Assembly (NCBI GenBank): GCA_030324005.1
Contig: JARDVH010000031.1
Coordinates: 8,393,786-8,457,785 of the forward strand
From: Negaprion brevirostris
Lineage: Eukaryota
Length of the DNA stretch: 64,000 nt
Direction of reading: 5' to 3'
The notes under the pieces are model-generated. The model saw only the letters and a list, made by a program, of their open reading frames with translations. It was not told the origin of the DNA and did not search any database. Each line of letters opens with the position of its first letter. The stretch's first letter is position 1. The position numbers and the translations under genes are program-made. Shown here piece after piece: positions 1 through 12,066 of the stretch.

Positions 1-124
1 ATGAAGGAGCAGCACTCTGAAAGCTTGTGGCTTGTGCTACCAAATAAACCTGTTGGATTTTAACCTGGTGTTGTGAGTCTTCTCACTGTACTTACCCCAG
101 TCCAACGCTGGCATCTCCAAATCA
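1..124 (+). mobile_element. Penelope-like retroelement 3' terminus (pLTR end), cut by the window edge
   Basis: Near-identical to 14554-14678 (…GAAAGCTTG.GGCTT.TGCTAC.AATAAACCTGTT.GGA.TTTAA.CTGGTG.TGTG…CCCCAGTCCAA.GC.GCATCTCCA), which lies downstream of a GIY-YIG ORF in this window. Confidence 0.8.
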
Positions 125-365
125 CAGAGGGAAGTCAGGAATGCATTGGAATAGTCAAGGTTGGAGGTAACAAAGGTAGTTTAAAAGGTTTCAAAAGCAA
201 ATACACTGAAGCAGGAGTAGTTGGGTGATGTTATGGAAGTGAAAATAAGCAGTTTTAGTAATGACACAGCTATGGAGTCAGAAGCCCATCTCGGTGTCAG
301 ATATGGCACCTAGTTTGTGCACAGTCTGACTCGGCCTCAGACATTCATCAGGGATAGAGATGTCA
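125..365 (-). mobile_element. Decayed L2-type LINE ORF2 fragment
   Basis: GGAAGTCAGGAATGCATTGGAATAGTCAAGGTTGGAGGTAACAAAG resembles the antisense of the L2 RT C-terminal region; no open frame. Family call by recognition only. Confidence 0.5.
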
Positions 366-1539
366 CAGAATTTTACCCATCACTGATAGCGAGAACATGG
401 GAAGATGGTAAAACATCAGGGAACCATATCAGGATCCCAGTGCACCTTGTTACTCCTGGTATCCACTCCCCTACCAAGTTAGGTTGTGCCCTTCCCACCA
501 GCACTAGCAAATTGCATCATGAGGACAACGGCCTCAGCTCTGTTGAATTACAACTAGTGGAGCCTCTACAAGTTCCACCTTCTCCTGATCTGGTCCCAAT
601 GTCATAATTGAAACAAAGCGTGTTTCATTGTTGCTTGACCATGGTTCAAGGTGTGCTTTTGCCTTTATGGGACAATGTGCTGAAACAAAGTGCCCAGTTT
701 AATTGCCACTCTGATCAGCAGGGTCTTAAACAACTAACAAAGAGTCACCCAATAAGATAAGCACATTATTTCTGCCATGCCAAACATTGATCTTAAAACT
801 GGGAGCAAAGAGTTTCATATTCTGAGCCATAATCACACAAAGTCTACTTTAATTTATCATTATTTTGGGACTATTACATCCATGGACAAGACACAAAATC
901 ACTCCCATTTTCTATCAGGTTCAAATTGCTTTGCACTTATGATTATCTGAAGCTGAGCTGTAAGTGCTTGAATAATTTCTGCATTGCCCAAGATTCATGT
1001 AGTCCATGGAAAGTATAGGTACTTGAAAATTAAACAATAGCTTGAGCTTTAAACTTCTTTGTCAACTTAAATTATTTCAACTTGAGCATCTCGATGTTTG
1101 TTCTAACTTTATATATAATTGGAGTAATGTGTTTCAAGGCTTGCTACAATAGGCAAGGTTTCTGTTGTGCTGTGATACTCAGTTAGTGGTTATCAGGTCT
1201 ATGTGTAGATCTTTGCTCATCCCGATCAGTATTTCCCATGTGCAACCTTACAAGGGCAGAATTGTATTCATGTTCTTTGTAGCTCCATTCATTTGGTTTG
1301 CTTAATAGGTATTAAAAAATTCTTTTACGGCTACCAGGATAAAAATTAATATAACTTGGCTTTACACTGATAAAGCTAGCGGAGAGAATTTAAATGACAA
1401 AAAAGATAATCGTTTTTCATTAACGAGAATAAAAAAGCTGAAATTGAAATATGTTACTGGCATGCAGCCAGTTTTCTACGAAGCATTGGCGCCGCAGGAT
1501 TTTAATCGAAAAATCATCCTTTTTGTCCTTTTCTTTCAG

Positions 1540-1585
1540 GGAAGTACCTCTGCTAGCAAGTCAAGGGTCTGCAGTCCCAAAGCCC
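1540..1585 (+). CDS. Internal coding exon A of an unidentified spliced gene (GSTSASKSRVCSPKA+1 nt)
   Basis: Acceptor CCTTTTTGTCCTTTTCTTTCAG| and donor CCC|GTAAGT in unique AT-rich sequence; the phase-1 end joins exon B (C+GG = Arg) without a stop. Confidence 0.7.
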
Positions 1586-2344
1586 GTAAGTACAATAGCA
1601 GCACATTCCTAAATGAACTGTGCATTATATAGGCTGGTTTTGCGACAAATATTTAGTATAGGAATGTATCTGATATTTAAAGCTTCTTTTTGGATCTTTT
1701 GTCTAGTTTTATTTGTCCAGCTACTAACAGCACCCTTCATATTGACAATGAAATCATTAATAATTCAATATTTCAACACCTGGTTCTCTTCATCACTGTC
1801 CCATCCTATTCCTTTTGGTAGAGAAATGGACTGTGAATTACCTGTGGCTTCCATTGCCAATGCTGCTTCATGGCTTAACCAACAGGAAGGGCAGAGATGA
1901 AATAGTATTGTCCATTTCCAGTTCATGTTTCAGTTTCAGTTCATGTTTTTGTTTAGTAACTTAGAATGAGGCAATCATGCACATGCATACATGATTCCAC
2001 CTGTAGACTGATTAAATCCCCAAGCACTAGTGATTTCCTTCGCCAACTTCTGAGAAAGGCAAAGAAAACAGAGACATGTGGCCATTTCAGGCATCTTTTG
2101 GCAAAAAAGCCTTTTCTGATGCTTCGTTGGTAATCAAGCAAGTCCAGAAGACATAGGCATGTATTAAAGGAATGATTTATATTTTCCCTTCCATTTGCAG
2201 GACTGGTGCAATTACTACTAGGCAAACTAGGCAGTCGCCTACATGGCAAATTTGGGGAGACAAGGTGGTAAAATATCGAACTGAAAATACATAAGGACTT
2301 TAAGATGATATTAGCAAATTTTCACAAGTGGCCAAAGTTTCCTG

Positions 2345-2490
2345 AGAGCTAATATTTCAAGTATGGGTGACCCTTCATCAGACATGAAGACAGATATTCT
2401 CTCTCTACAGATGCTGCCAAACCTGCTAAGATTTTCCAGCATCTTTTGTTTTTGTTTCAAATTCCAGCATCTGCAGTAACTTGCTTTTAC
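2345..2490. mobile_element. Short repeat of the 'CAGATGCTGCC…TTTCCAGCAT' family with a hammerhead-like core on the - strand
   Basis: Similar to 11920-12066; the - strand reads TCTGATGAAGGGTCACCCATACTTGAAATATT. Confidence 0.6.
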
Positions 2491-3671
2491 CAAAGTTCTG
2501 GAATTTTCTGAAGCAAGTCTTTTCTGGGCCTGCCAACCGCCGCACATGTTTGTCAAACTTCCAATGACAGTAACCCATTCCTTCCGTGCTGGCTGAGCTA
2601 CCAATCACAAGCTTCCCTTCCCCTCTGTGCTCATTTGCCTCCCAATTGTAATATCCCATTCCCTTCCATGCTTACGGTCCTACCAATCAAACCTCCCCTT
2701 CCCGTCCATGCTCATTAATCCACTAATAACAGCTTTCCCTTTCCTTGCTCCACACCAGCAACAGGTTGATTTTCACATTCTCTCATTCCTCTCCATGTGC
2801 TCACTGGCCATTCAAACACAGCTTTGCCTTTCCTTGCCCCCTCCCATATGTGCTCAATGATTGTCCAGTTTCCCCACTTTTTCTTGCTGTTTGCTGCCAC
2901 GAGCTGCGTTCCTAAGAATTCTGCACTTTCAACCAATCAGAAAGTAGCTGGGTGATCTTGTGGTGATCCAGTATTGAGGTCTCAGAAGAAGTGCTGGAGT
3001 GCATGATTTTAGTGGGTGATGCCAAGGGACCATAGTGCTGCAGAACTGTGAGAGACTGAGACTGGAGTGAGGACAGGCTGAGGGTAACAACTTATACCAG
3101 TTGTGTGAGAATGGGATTAACGGAGCAAGTGTTAGCACGTTTTACTGTATTCATTTTCAATTGTTAATTGTAGGGGAGAAGGGGCACGGGGCGCATGAGG
3201 TTCACCTGTGGAGCCTAATACTCTTGTGTTGGCTCTGCCCATATGCTGTGATCACATATCTAGAAAGTAATTTAACACCTTCTTGAAGTACTGTAAGGAA
3301 TTAGTTTCCATTCCCATCTCTAATATCCTGTCCCAGTGGTCTATTACCCTTGGGAAATATAAGACTTTCAAGCATCCAGCTTTCAAAACCTCCAGCCATT
3401 CCTCAATTTGTCTCAGGTCTGCTGTGCCATAACGCATAAAACACCTGAGAGGAGATTTTCCTGGATCTGTGCCTGGAAAATCAGGTGGATAAGAAGTGCA
3501 CACATTTTGGCTGATTATACTTCTTTGAGGTGCCTTTGAACATTTTACAACATTGAATATACACTATAAATGCAAACCGTTTCTATTGCCTACCTGTAAT
3601 CCGAACCATTTAGCTTTTCAAAATTTATTAAGCCTGGGTGATGCAGAATTAAACCAAAGATAGAAATTAGT

Positions 3672-3895
3672 ATTTTATTGTTCTTTCAAGGGATGCGGGT
3701 GCCGCTTGTCAGACCAACATTTGTTGCCCATTCTTAATTTAAGTGGTGCACCTCTTTGAACCATTGCAGTCCATGGCAAGTAGGTAGGCCCAAAGTGTGA
3801 TTAAGGAAGGATTTCCAGGTTTTTGACAAGAGACAGTGAAGGAACAGTGGTATAATACCAAGCCAGGATTGTGTGTAGCTTGGAGGGTTAACCTT
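3672..3895 (-). mobile_element. LINE 3' end fragment (same family as 28595-29060 and 48060-49760)
   Basis: CAACATTTGTTGCCCATTCTTAATT…GACAGTGAAGGAACAGTGG matches the copy at 28620-28740. Confidence 0.6.
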
Positions 3896-3974
3896 TGCAG
3901 GGTTAACTGGACACTGTGTAACTTTGTCTTTTCCAGTTCTTAGGTCAATGCTAAGTGACCTGTCTGGTTTTATT

Positions 3975-4205
3975 CTTTTCTGACTTTTTTGTAGCCAGTG
4001 AATTGCTAGGCTATTTAAGTGTTGTGGTCTGGAGTCACAGGTGGGCCAGACTAGATAAGGAAGGCAGATTTCCTTGCCTTAAGAGAATCTCATGCATTTT
4101 CATGGCAATCAGCCATCATCTTGAGAGTAGTTTTTTATATTGCAAATGTGTTAATTAATTGAATTTAAATTCCACCAGCTGCATTCCCCTGGATTTACCA
4201 ATTTG
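3975..4205 (-). mobile_element. tRNA-derived SINE fragment (family of 51391-51740)
   Basis: Reverse complement contains AGCTGGTGGAATTTAAATTCAATT and GGAAATCTGCC, both shared with 51480-51605. Confidence 0.65.
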
Positions 4206-4584
4206 ATAAAGGAGACACCAAACAAGCATTCAGCCCCTTACTTCCGTTCGTAAAGGGAGTAACACATACTTCAGGCACAAGCCCTCGGCAACTCNNNNNN
4301 NNNNNNNNNNNNNNNNNNNNNNNNNCTAGCTCAGAATGTGGTTAGAGCTGAATCTGAAGAGCTGCCTGCCAAATGGGATGCTTTGCTGCCTATTTAAATC
4401 TGCAAAATGGAGGAAAAAAGGTCATCAAACTTCTGGACCTAAGAATTAGCATTAGCAAAATGAGAATTAAAACATATTTTTAAAAAACCCTCCAACTAAC
4501 TGAAACACAAAAACAGTTCATACACCCTTTGAATTTTCTCCAACATTTCCCATATTATAGATTTTGCACACCCATTACTACTTG

Positions 4585-5072
4585 GAACAAAGAACAGTAC
4601 AGCACAGGAACAGGCCCTTCAGCCCTCCAAGCTTGTGCCGCTCATGCACCCAACTAGACCATTCGTTTCTATCCCTCTATTCCCAGTCCGTTCATGTGGC
4701 TATCTACATAAGTCTTAAACATTCCCAGTGTGAACGCCTCAACCACCTTGCTTGGCAATGCATTCCAGGCCCCCACCACCCTCTGTGTAAAATACGTCCC
4801 CCTGACATGTGTTGAACCTTGCCCCCCTCACCTTGAACTTGTTGTCCTCGTGTGTTCGTCACNNNNNNNNNNNNNNNNNNNNNNNNNNNNNNNNNNNNNN
4901 NNNNNNNNNNNNNNNNNNNNNNNNNNNNNNNNNNNNNNNNNNNNNNNNNNNNNNNNNNNNNNNNNNNNNNNNNCCCAGTTTGCCCAATCTCTCCTCATAG
5001 CTAAGACCCTCCATACCAGGCAACATCCTGGTAAACCTTTTCTGTACTCTTTCCAAAACCTCTTCGTCCTTT
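4585..5072 (-). mobile_element. CR1 LINE 3' fragment
   Basis: - strand translation EEVLERVQKRFTRMLPGMEGLSYEERLGKL is the typical CR1 ORF2 C-terminus; tail …GGGCCTGTTCCTGTGCTGTACTGTTCTTTGTTC. Confidence 0.9.
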
Positions 5073-5721
5073 CTCTTTATTCTACAATGCAGGACTTTCA
5101 CCGCATCGGCATCTGTGACATCAAAAAGTTTTCCTATTTCTTATTTCAGTTATTTATTTCAGTCATGACATGCATATCTTAGACCAATGTGAACTTTGCT
5201 GTTCCATCTCTTCAATCATCACATCATTCCATAGCATGACTGGGAATCTGGGCCAACATCTGTTCTTATTTTTTTCAAAATTAACAGTGGTTATGCATTC
5301 CATTTGTGACCTCAATCATCAAGAACATGAGTTTGGAAGCAAATAACTAAAGTGTTCTCATTAGTATATTTTTAAAAGACTTAAATTAATGGGTTACCAC
5401 CTGCTTTATAATAGAGGACAATAGAATGTCATCAAAAGCATTGCACACTGTCACCAAATGTAATCTGTAATAATTTCTAGGCTGCAGTTATTGGCTGAGA
5501 AATAGGTTGGTGCCAGAACAGGTAGTCACAAGTTACATCTGATCTTGGCTCTCATTTTCATAGAATTTACAGTTCTGTGCTAAAGTTTATGCTCCACACA
5601 AATCTCCTTCCAACTTACTTCATCTCACCTATCAGATTATCCTTCCACTCCTTGCTCCTGCATATATTTTCCCAGTTTCCCTTAAGTGTGACTACGGCTT
5701 GTACATCGCTCAGTGCAGATC

Positions 5722-5914
5722 ATAACGGGGTAGAGGGAAAGGTGGTAAAGGCCTGAGCAAAGGTGGAGCCAAGCGACACTGCAAAGTGCTGTGCGACAAC
5801 ATCCAGGGCATCACCAAGCCAGCCATTCGATGCCTGGCTCGCTGCAGGGGCATAAAGTGCATTTCTAAGCTGATCCATGAGGTGGTCCACAAGGTCCTGC
5901 AGATTTTCCCGGAC
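5722..5914 (+). pseudogene. H4: Histone H4 pseudogene (about residues 1-63, 3'-truncated)
   Basis: From 5729 reads [62 protein letters not shown] versus H4 [62 protein letters not shown]. Start codon is ATA followed by a 1-nt insertion. Confidence 0.95.
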
Positions 5915-6139
5915 TTCAATCCTGGGCTCGTTAATAGGATGTCAATTCAAATTTAATTATTGAAATCAGCTCCNNNNNNNNNNNNNNNNNNNNNNNNNNN
6001 NNNNNNNNNNNNNNNNNNNNNNNNNNNNNNNNNNNNNNNNNNNNNNNNNNNNNNNNNNNNNNNNNNNNNNNNNAAAAAAACCTGACGAAGTCTACGTGTA
6101 CTCACATCTGGAGCCTACTAAGGCCACTCCCTTGGATGT

Positions 6140-9100
6140 AGGGAGGCCGAGAAGGAGGGGGGTTTTTGATTCTCTTGACATGAGTTGCATTGTATAACCA
6201 AGGCAGTAATGTCTGTGTCAAGGCGGGGCCACCATTCATAGCTCCTGACTAGCATTTTCATCTTTGAAGTTCCAGATGTCTACAGTGTAACCTGTACCTA
6301 TTGGACATTGCCCTGAGTGAGGGACAACCACACGGGAACCCCGAAGGGTGATGCTATCCTCAACACTGAGCTTGTCTTTCTCTGTCCAGTAGTGTTTCAT
6401 TTCATCTGAAGGCTATCCTCTGAATCCCCATGCAGTATTATGTTTTTTAATTTAGACAGGACGGGATCCTTTTGTGTCTAGTCTTTGGTTTGCCTCACAG
6501 CTACCAGCACGAAATCCAAAATATCTTCCACAGCTGCAAGTGAAGCTGAACTTCCGGACAAAGGCAGACAACTCAGTGCATCAGTGGTAGCTGTCTGGGT
6601 CCTGGGGCAGTGCTCTCAAGGGTATTCATAAGCCATCACTAACAAGACCCAATGCTGTATCCAGGTGGAGGCAATGGGGGGTTTTGTCTTTCTTCTTCAA
6701 AACTCTCAGCACAGGTTGATAATTAGTCACTGTGAAAAAATATCTACCGTGGGCATATTGATGGATGGAACTTATAAAATGCCAAAGACAACTGCCAATC
6801 CCTTTTCTTCGAAGTGGGAATACCTCTGCTCAGCGTCCAATAGGTGCTAGATGCATAAGCAATAGACTTCTATGTCCCATCTCTCCAGCGATGTCCCAGT
6901 ACTGTCCGCCAAGCCCCAAAAAGGGAGGCTTCCAAGTCAAGATGAGGTTTCTTTCAGGGTCAAAAGGAGTCAATAGATTAGAGGACAAGGGGCATTCCAG
7001 GAGGATCAGCAAAGAAACTAGATTAGAAATAAACTTCCTGCAATAATTCACTAATCCCAGGGAGGATTTCAATTCCTTGAAGTTGGCACCTTCCTAATGG
7101 CCCTCACCTTGTCATGAAGGCCTTTGTCATCCACCCAATAGCCCAAATATGTCAAGGCACTTGCTTAGAAGACACTTTTCCTTTCTCGGGCATACCTTCG
7201 AAAATCATCATAAGACCTCTTTCAGGTTCGCTAGGTGTTCATGTTCTGAGGTTCCTGTGACCAAGATATTGTCCAGGTACATCAGTACCTGACATAATTC
7301 TTGGAATGTGTTCTCCATGATCCAATTAGAAATAATGCATGCAGAAGCAAGCCCAAAGGGCAGGCAAGTGTACTCGTGTAGGCCTTTTATATATGTGCAT
7401 GTTAATTGTCATATATTTGTCCAATTCAAGTTGGAGACAAGCATGGCTCATGTCCAACTTTGAGAATGGTTGGCCCCAATCTAACCTTGTGTACAGGCCT
7501 TTGATCCAGACATTGGGATATCTGTCAAGCTTAGAAACCATTATTGACTGTAAGCTTATAGTCACCACAAAATTGGACTGATGTATACAACTTAAGGACA
7601 GGAACAACAGATATGGCCCACTCTGTGAACTGTGCAGATCTTATGATGCCCAGCTTTTCCAGGCATTGTAATTCTGACTCTATCTTTTCTAATAGGGAGA
7701 ACGGAAGTGTTCTCAATCTAAAATACTTAGATGTAGTATCAAGGTCGCTATAAATCTTAGCTTTGGCTCCTCTTCTTTTCCCAAGTCCTTCTTGGAAAAC
7801 TTCAGGGGCCTAGACTAAAGATCTGCAGCCATTTTAGTCTGCTAGTCTCTATGCATGAAACTAATTCTTTGTTCCCGTACAATGATGAGTGGAAGTCGAG
7901 CCGACTGCTGCCTATAAGTCACTCTGGTCGTTGTGGTGCCATTTATCTGCAAAGGTTCCCCTGGTGGCCCAGCCTGGTTTTTGTGCTAAGTTCAGGAGTT
8001 GGATACCAGCCTGGAGGCAGTTATTTGTCTGCTTCACAATAACAAAGACCAGCCTCCGCATCCACTTCCATTTTTGATGGGTGACCATTTACGAACACCT
8101 CCACCACTATGGCGCATATTTTGTCATGGAGATGCAATTTAATTGCATTGTCCCTTGTTGTGGGTCTTTCTGCAAGGTACGGTCTGGAAAAGCCTTGGCC
8201 TTTTATGAAATAGCACACGTTTTGACTCCCTATCTCTTAGCCTTGATCATGGTCTTCTGTAGCACTTGCAATAATCTGTTGTCTGGCATCTACAACCTTC
8301 TGGAATAGGCTTTCTAGATGTCTGAAGACTGTCCCTAATTTCCCTTGATTGCCTGGTGATGCAACTTGAGCTCAACCGCTGCAAGGGACGCTGGAATATT
8401 TGAGGGATGGGTGTTGCATGAAGACCTCCCCTAACCGAAGGGCACTGCTATTTGATATTCCCTGTGGTTCTTGAATTCCTTTCTCTGCATTCACCAATGA
8501 CAGAGCTACCTCATTGGCCTTCTTTAGATCCAAATTGGGTTCTGCCAATAATTTATTTGGACTGTCACATTGTTAATTTCACAGATCAGTCTATCTCGCA
8601 ACATGTTGTTCAGGGGTGGCCCGAATTCACTTTGCTCTGCCAACATTTGCAGCCTAGACAGAAATTTGGTGACAGATTCCCTAGTGGTTCACCCTGCCAT
8701 GTTAAAGTGGTATCACTGGAGTAATATGGAAGATTTTGGGTCATAATATCCTTAGTCATAAAGATTTTGGAGTCAGAGATGTCATGTAGGTCAGGCTTTT
8801 GATTACACTGAAGGTCAGGACCCTACATGTTGCCAACAGGATTGCTTTTTGCTTCTTGTTCCCCTCAATACTGTTGGCCTGAAAAAATTAACAACATGTG
8901 CTCTGCAGGCTGGGCTCAGTCTTCTATGTTTGCATCATAAGCTTCAAGTTTCCCAAAACGAGGCATGTTTATACCAAAGGATTGCTTGTCTTAATAGTAA
9001 AGTTGGTTGGGAAAGAAAAAAACACTTAATTTACTCCTCGTCATCAATGTAATAATCTTACCGAGCCCAGTCTTCCATCACTAATTACTCTATCATTTAT

Positions 9101-9150
9101 AGTGTTACCTGAATGCCAATCAATGGCTACAAAGTGCAGATTGGTCCCAA
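6140..9150 (-). mobile_element. Decayed, internally deleted Ty3/Gypsy LTR retrotransposon (element A)
   Basis: LTR end TTACA then PBS-like TTGATGACGAGG (9047-9036); gag start MPRFGKLEAYD at 8966; protease VNGHPSKMEVDAEAG; RT LPFSLLEKIESELQCLEKLGII…WAISVVPVLK…CGDYKLTVN, FSKLDMSHACLQLELD, YLDN (~7275), LGLVNYCRKFISNL. Many stops and frameshifts. Confidence 0.9.
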
Positions 9151-9154
9151 ATCT

Positions 9155-10075
9155 ATCGACTTATGGAGAGAGATTGAGCATTTAGGCCTATACTCCCTTG
9201 GAGTTTAGAAAAATGAACGGAGNNNNNNNNNNGTGCTTCCTCCTGTGGGTCAATCTAGAACAACAGGTCATAGTTCTACGATAAGGAGTAGCAGATTTAA
9301 AACCGAGATGAGGAGAAACGACAGGGGCAATTTCCCCCAACCAGCTGCACTGCTCAAGTAGTGCAGGGGGCTGAGAGACATCAGCAAGGGGCCTGTAGTG
9401 GGATTTGCAATCAGCATCCGACTGATTGTAAGACTCTCAAACCCTTTTTTCCAACATAATCTTCCTCACACCAGAAATTAGCGCAAGGCTGATTACAATA
9501 TTAAAATCTTAATTTCAATATCACTAGCAAGCCCGAGGCAGTAGTCTCTGGGGTCACTAGTGTCTCTTCCACTAACCTGCAAGTCNNNNNNNNNNNNNNN
9601 NNNNNNNNNNNNNNNNNNNNNNNNNNNNNNNNNNNNNNNNNNNNNNNNNNNNNNNNNNNNNNNNNNNNNNNNNNNNNNNNNNNNNNNNNNNNNNNNNNNN
9701 NNNNNNNNNNNNNNNNNNNNNNNNNNNNNNNNNNNNNNNNNNNNNNNNNNNNNNNNNNNNNNNNNNNNNNNNNNNNNNNNNNNNNNNNNNNNNNNNNNNN
9801 NNNNNNNNNNNNNNNNNNNNNNNNNNNNNNNNNNNNNNNNNNNNNNNNNNNNNNNNNNNNNNNNNNNNNNNNNNNNNNNNNNNNNNNNNNNNNNNNNNNN
9901 NNNNNNNNNNNNNNNNNNNNNNNNNNNNNNNNNNNNNNGTGTGGGGGCGGGCGCGGGTGGGGGAGCGGTGCAGGGTGGAGGGGGTGTCAATTAGGCGAAG
10001 ACAAGATCAGCCATGATGGTATTGAATGGCGGAGCTGGCTTGAGGGGCTGAACTGCCCACTTCATCTCCTAGTTC
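9155..10075 (+). mobile_element. CR1 3' fragments (9155-9320, 9995-10075) interrupted by a Harbinger-type non-autonomous element (from ~9323) and a gap
   Basis: TTATGGAGAGAGATTGAGCATTTAGGCCTATACTCC and GATCAGCCATGATGGTATTGAATGGCGGAGC are CR1 3' motifs; GGGGCAATTTCCCCC start resembles the 12745 terminus. Confidence 0.6.
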
Positions 10076-10447
10076 AGGCAGGGTGGGAGAGGTCATGTTG
10101 AACACTGACATCATGATATCCACATTTTACCAGTGATCGTAAAATTCTAAGGCTGCATTGCCACAATGCAGCATGAGAGCAGTTAAACTCATTCAGCAGA
10201 TACTTAGCTGTCACTTGCATGCAATTCTCTACTTTTATATGGAGATTGGGATCGGGGGCTTTCAAATCCACAACAGAAGAAAGACGGTGCCTCTCAGGTG
10301 ATGCTTCTGTGCTGCTTCTGGAGGCCAGCCTTATTGAGGTGTTTGCTTGATTGACTTGAGGTGGAGGAGAGGGGAGCAAAGGACATTGCCAGTCTATTGT
10401 GGCAGACCACTAACAGTGAGAAGTTAACCTTCTATTGAGCTCATATT

Positions 10448-11760
10448 GGCTGGGATTTTCTGTACATGTTCACAGTGGGCACCTTGACATGTAAGAGGGT
10501 AAAATATCAGAAAGAAGGTTAGAAATTTGGTTTTACAGTATTATAGGACTAAATTGTAATTCTGCGCACCAGCCTTCCATGGTGGGTCACATTTCCATAC
10601 ATCACGGTACATTGGGAATGCCATTTCATGAGGGTTCCTCGCAGGAATCACCCCTCACACTGCAACATCAGGGCACGTTGTTATGCAATTAGCACATGTT
10701 TCACAGCAGTACATAGGTGACGTGGATTTGGTGACCTTCACTTCACCCCTCACTTTGAGGTTAGTTCGCCTATCTTGCATCACGCAGCACTCGCAGGAAT
10801 TGTAGCAGCAACACATCGCTCTCAGGGGGTGTCACAGGTAAATCTCTACGACCAGACCAGTGATAAGGCAGGGTGGCTTTTAATGGGCTGCAGGCTTAGA
10901 GCTGGCTGCTCTGGGGAAGAAGGAAACCTGCCTGAAGCATGGGAAGGGCTTGGATTTGGCCTGTACAGGGGAAGGGGGCAAGTGGGCTGCAGGAATAGGT
11001 GTGTATTGGGATTATAGTGGGAAAAGTTGCACTCATGCACATGACCCAAGGAAAGGGTAAGCCAGGGGACACTGCTATATGTTGATCAGTATAAGTGGCC
11101 TCAAAGGGGATAGGTGAGGTCCACACAGGCCATAGGCACATCCATTTTAAAATATGGAGATAATAGAATTACAACAACTATGGAAGGTAACTGGGAGGGA
11201 TAGGAAGAAGATAGCACTAGGATAAGGTTGAGTGTAAATGGTGGGTGTCCAAATGAAGATGTGAGGTGGCCTCTTGTGTGAGAGAGAAATGAGTGAGACT
11301 GCAAGGCCTGTTGTTATGATGAATGCTATTCAGCAGAATGCTGGGGACATCAGAGAGTGAACGCAGGCACCTGAAAATGGTATGACACACATCTTTCCTG
11401 CCCTTTTGAGGCTATTGTACCTCGTGGTTCCTGCCTCAGTGACTTCCTGTCATCCCTATTTATTTAGGTGGCAGCCCTCTTCTAGCTGTCTGTCGGAAAT
11501 GATACTTCAAGCCCTCACTGCAAACAGCATCACCTTCAGGAGAGACTCAGAGAAGGGGCCGGGGGCAGTCTTTTTGTGGCTTCTTTCAATGCTTCTTCGT
11601 GTAGCCTTTCGAAATAATTTGGTTGCAGCAATTCTGAACTGTGCTGGGTCCGTTCAGATAGAGATCCTTCCATTAGCAAGCGTAGGTTGTCATCATGCAA
11701 ACACTGTGATTACTCTGACACCCAGAAAGGGATGCTAATATTGCAGCTGAGTTAAACAGC
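10448..11760 (-). mobile_element. Decayed PIF/Harbinger-derived element with Myb/SANT-like remnant (~11385-11570)
   Basis: GGCTGGGATTTTC terminus; - strand PFSESLLKVMLFAVRA resembles the 'PRFSDxxLExLLxAV' start of Harbinger Myb-like proteins also seen at 26290 and 37160. Confidence 0.5.
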
Positions 11761-11919
11761 CATGGCAAAGTGAGCTGCCGAAATGACGATATTCCTAAGC
11801 TGCAAGCAGGTTCGTTCAGAGAAAATCTCTTCCTGTTTGTCTCCGACTATAAAAGTGCTGACAATAACAGTAATAGCTACCATGGCATCAGACTATCACC
11901 AAACTAAAACAAAGACAAA

Positions 11920-12066
11920 TTATGCTGGAAATCTGAAGTAAAAACATTTCAGGCTGATGACCTTTCCAGTGCTAATGAAAGGTCATCAATCTGAAATGCT
12001 AACTATTTTCCTTTCTCTTCACAGATGCTACCTGATCTCCTGAGTATTTGCAGCATTTTCTGTTCT
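11920..12066. mobile_element. Palindromic short repeat with a hammerhead-like remnant
   Basis: ATTTCAGGCTGATGACCTTTC (11946-11966) pairs with GAAAGGTCATCAATCTGAAAT (11977-11997); followed by CAGATGCTACCTGATCTCCTGAGTATTTGCAGCAT. Confidence 0.65.

Noticed and set aside
317-607. 96-aa ORF and most other 60-130 aa ORFs in the track
   Set aside because: No recognisable domain, many start at non-ATG codons, and they overlap repeats or random intronic sequence; expected by chance.
9493-9994. Long ORFs full of X (also 49130-49663, 55928-56487)
   Set aside because: Open only because they run through N gaps.
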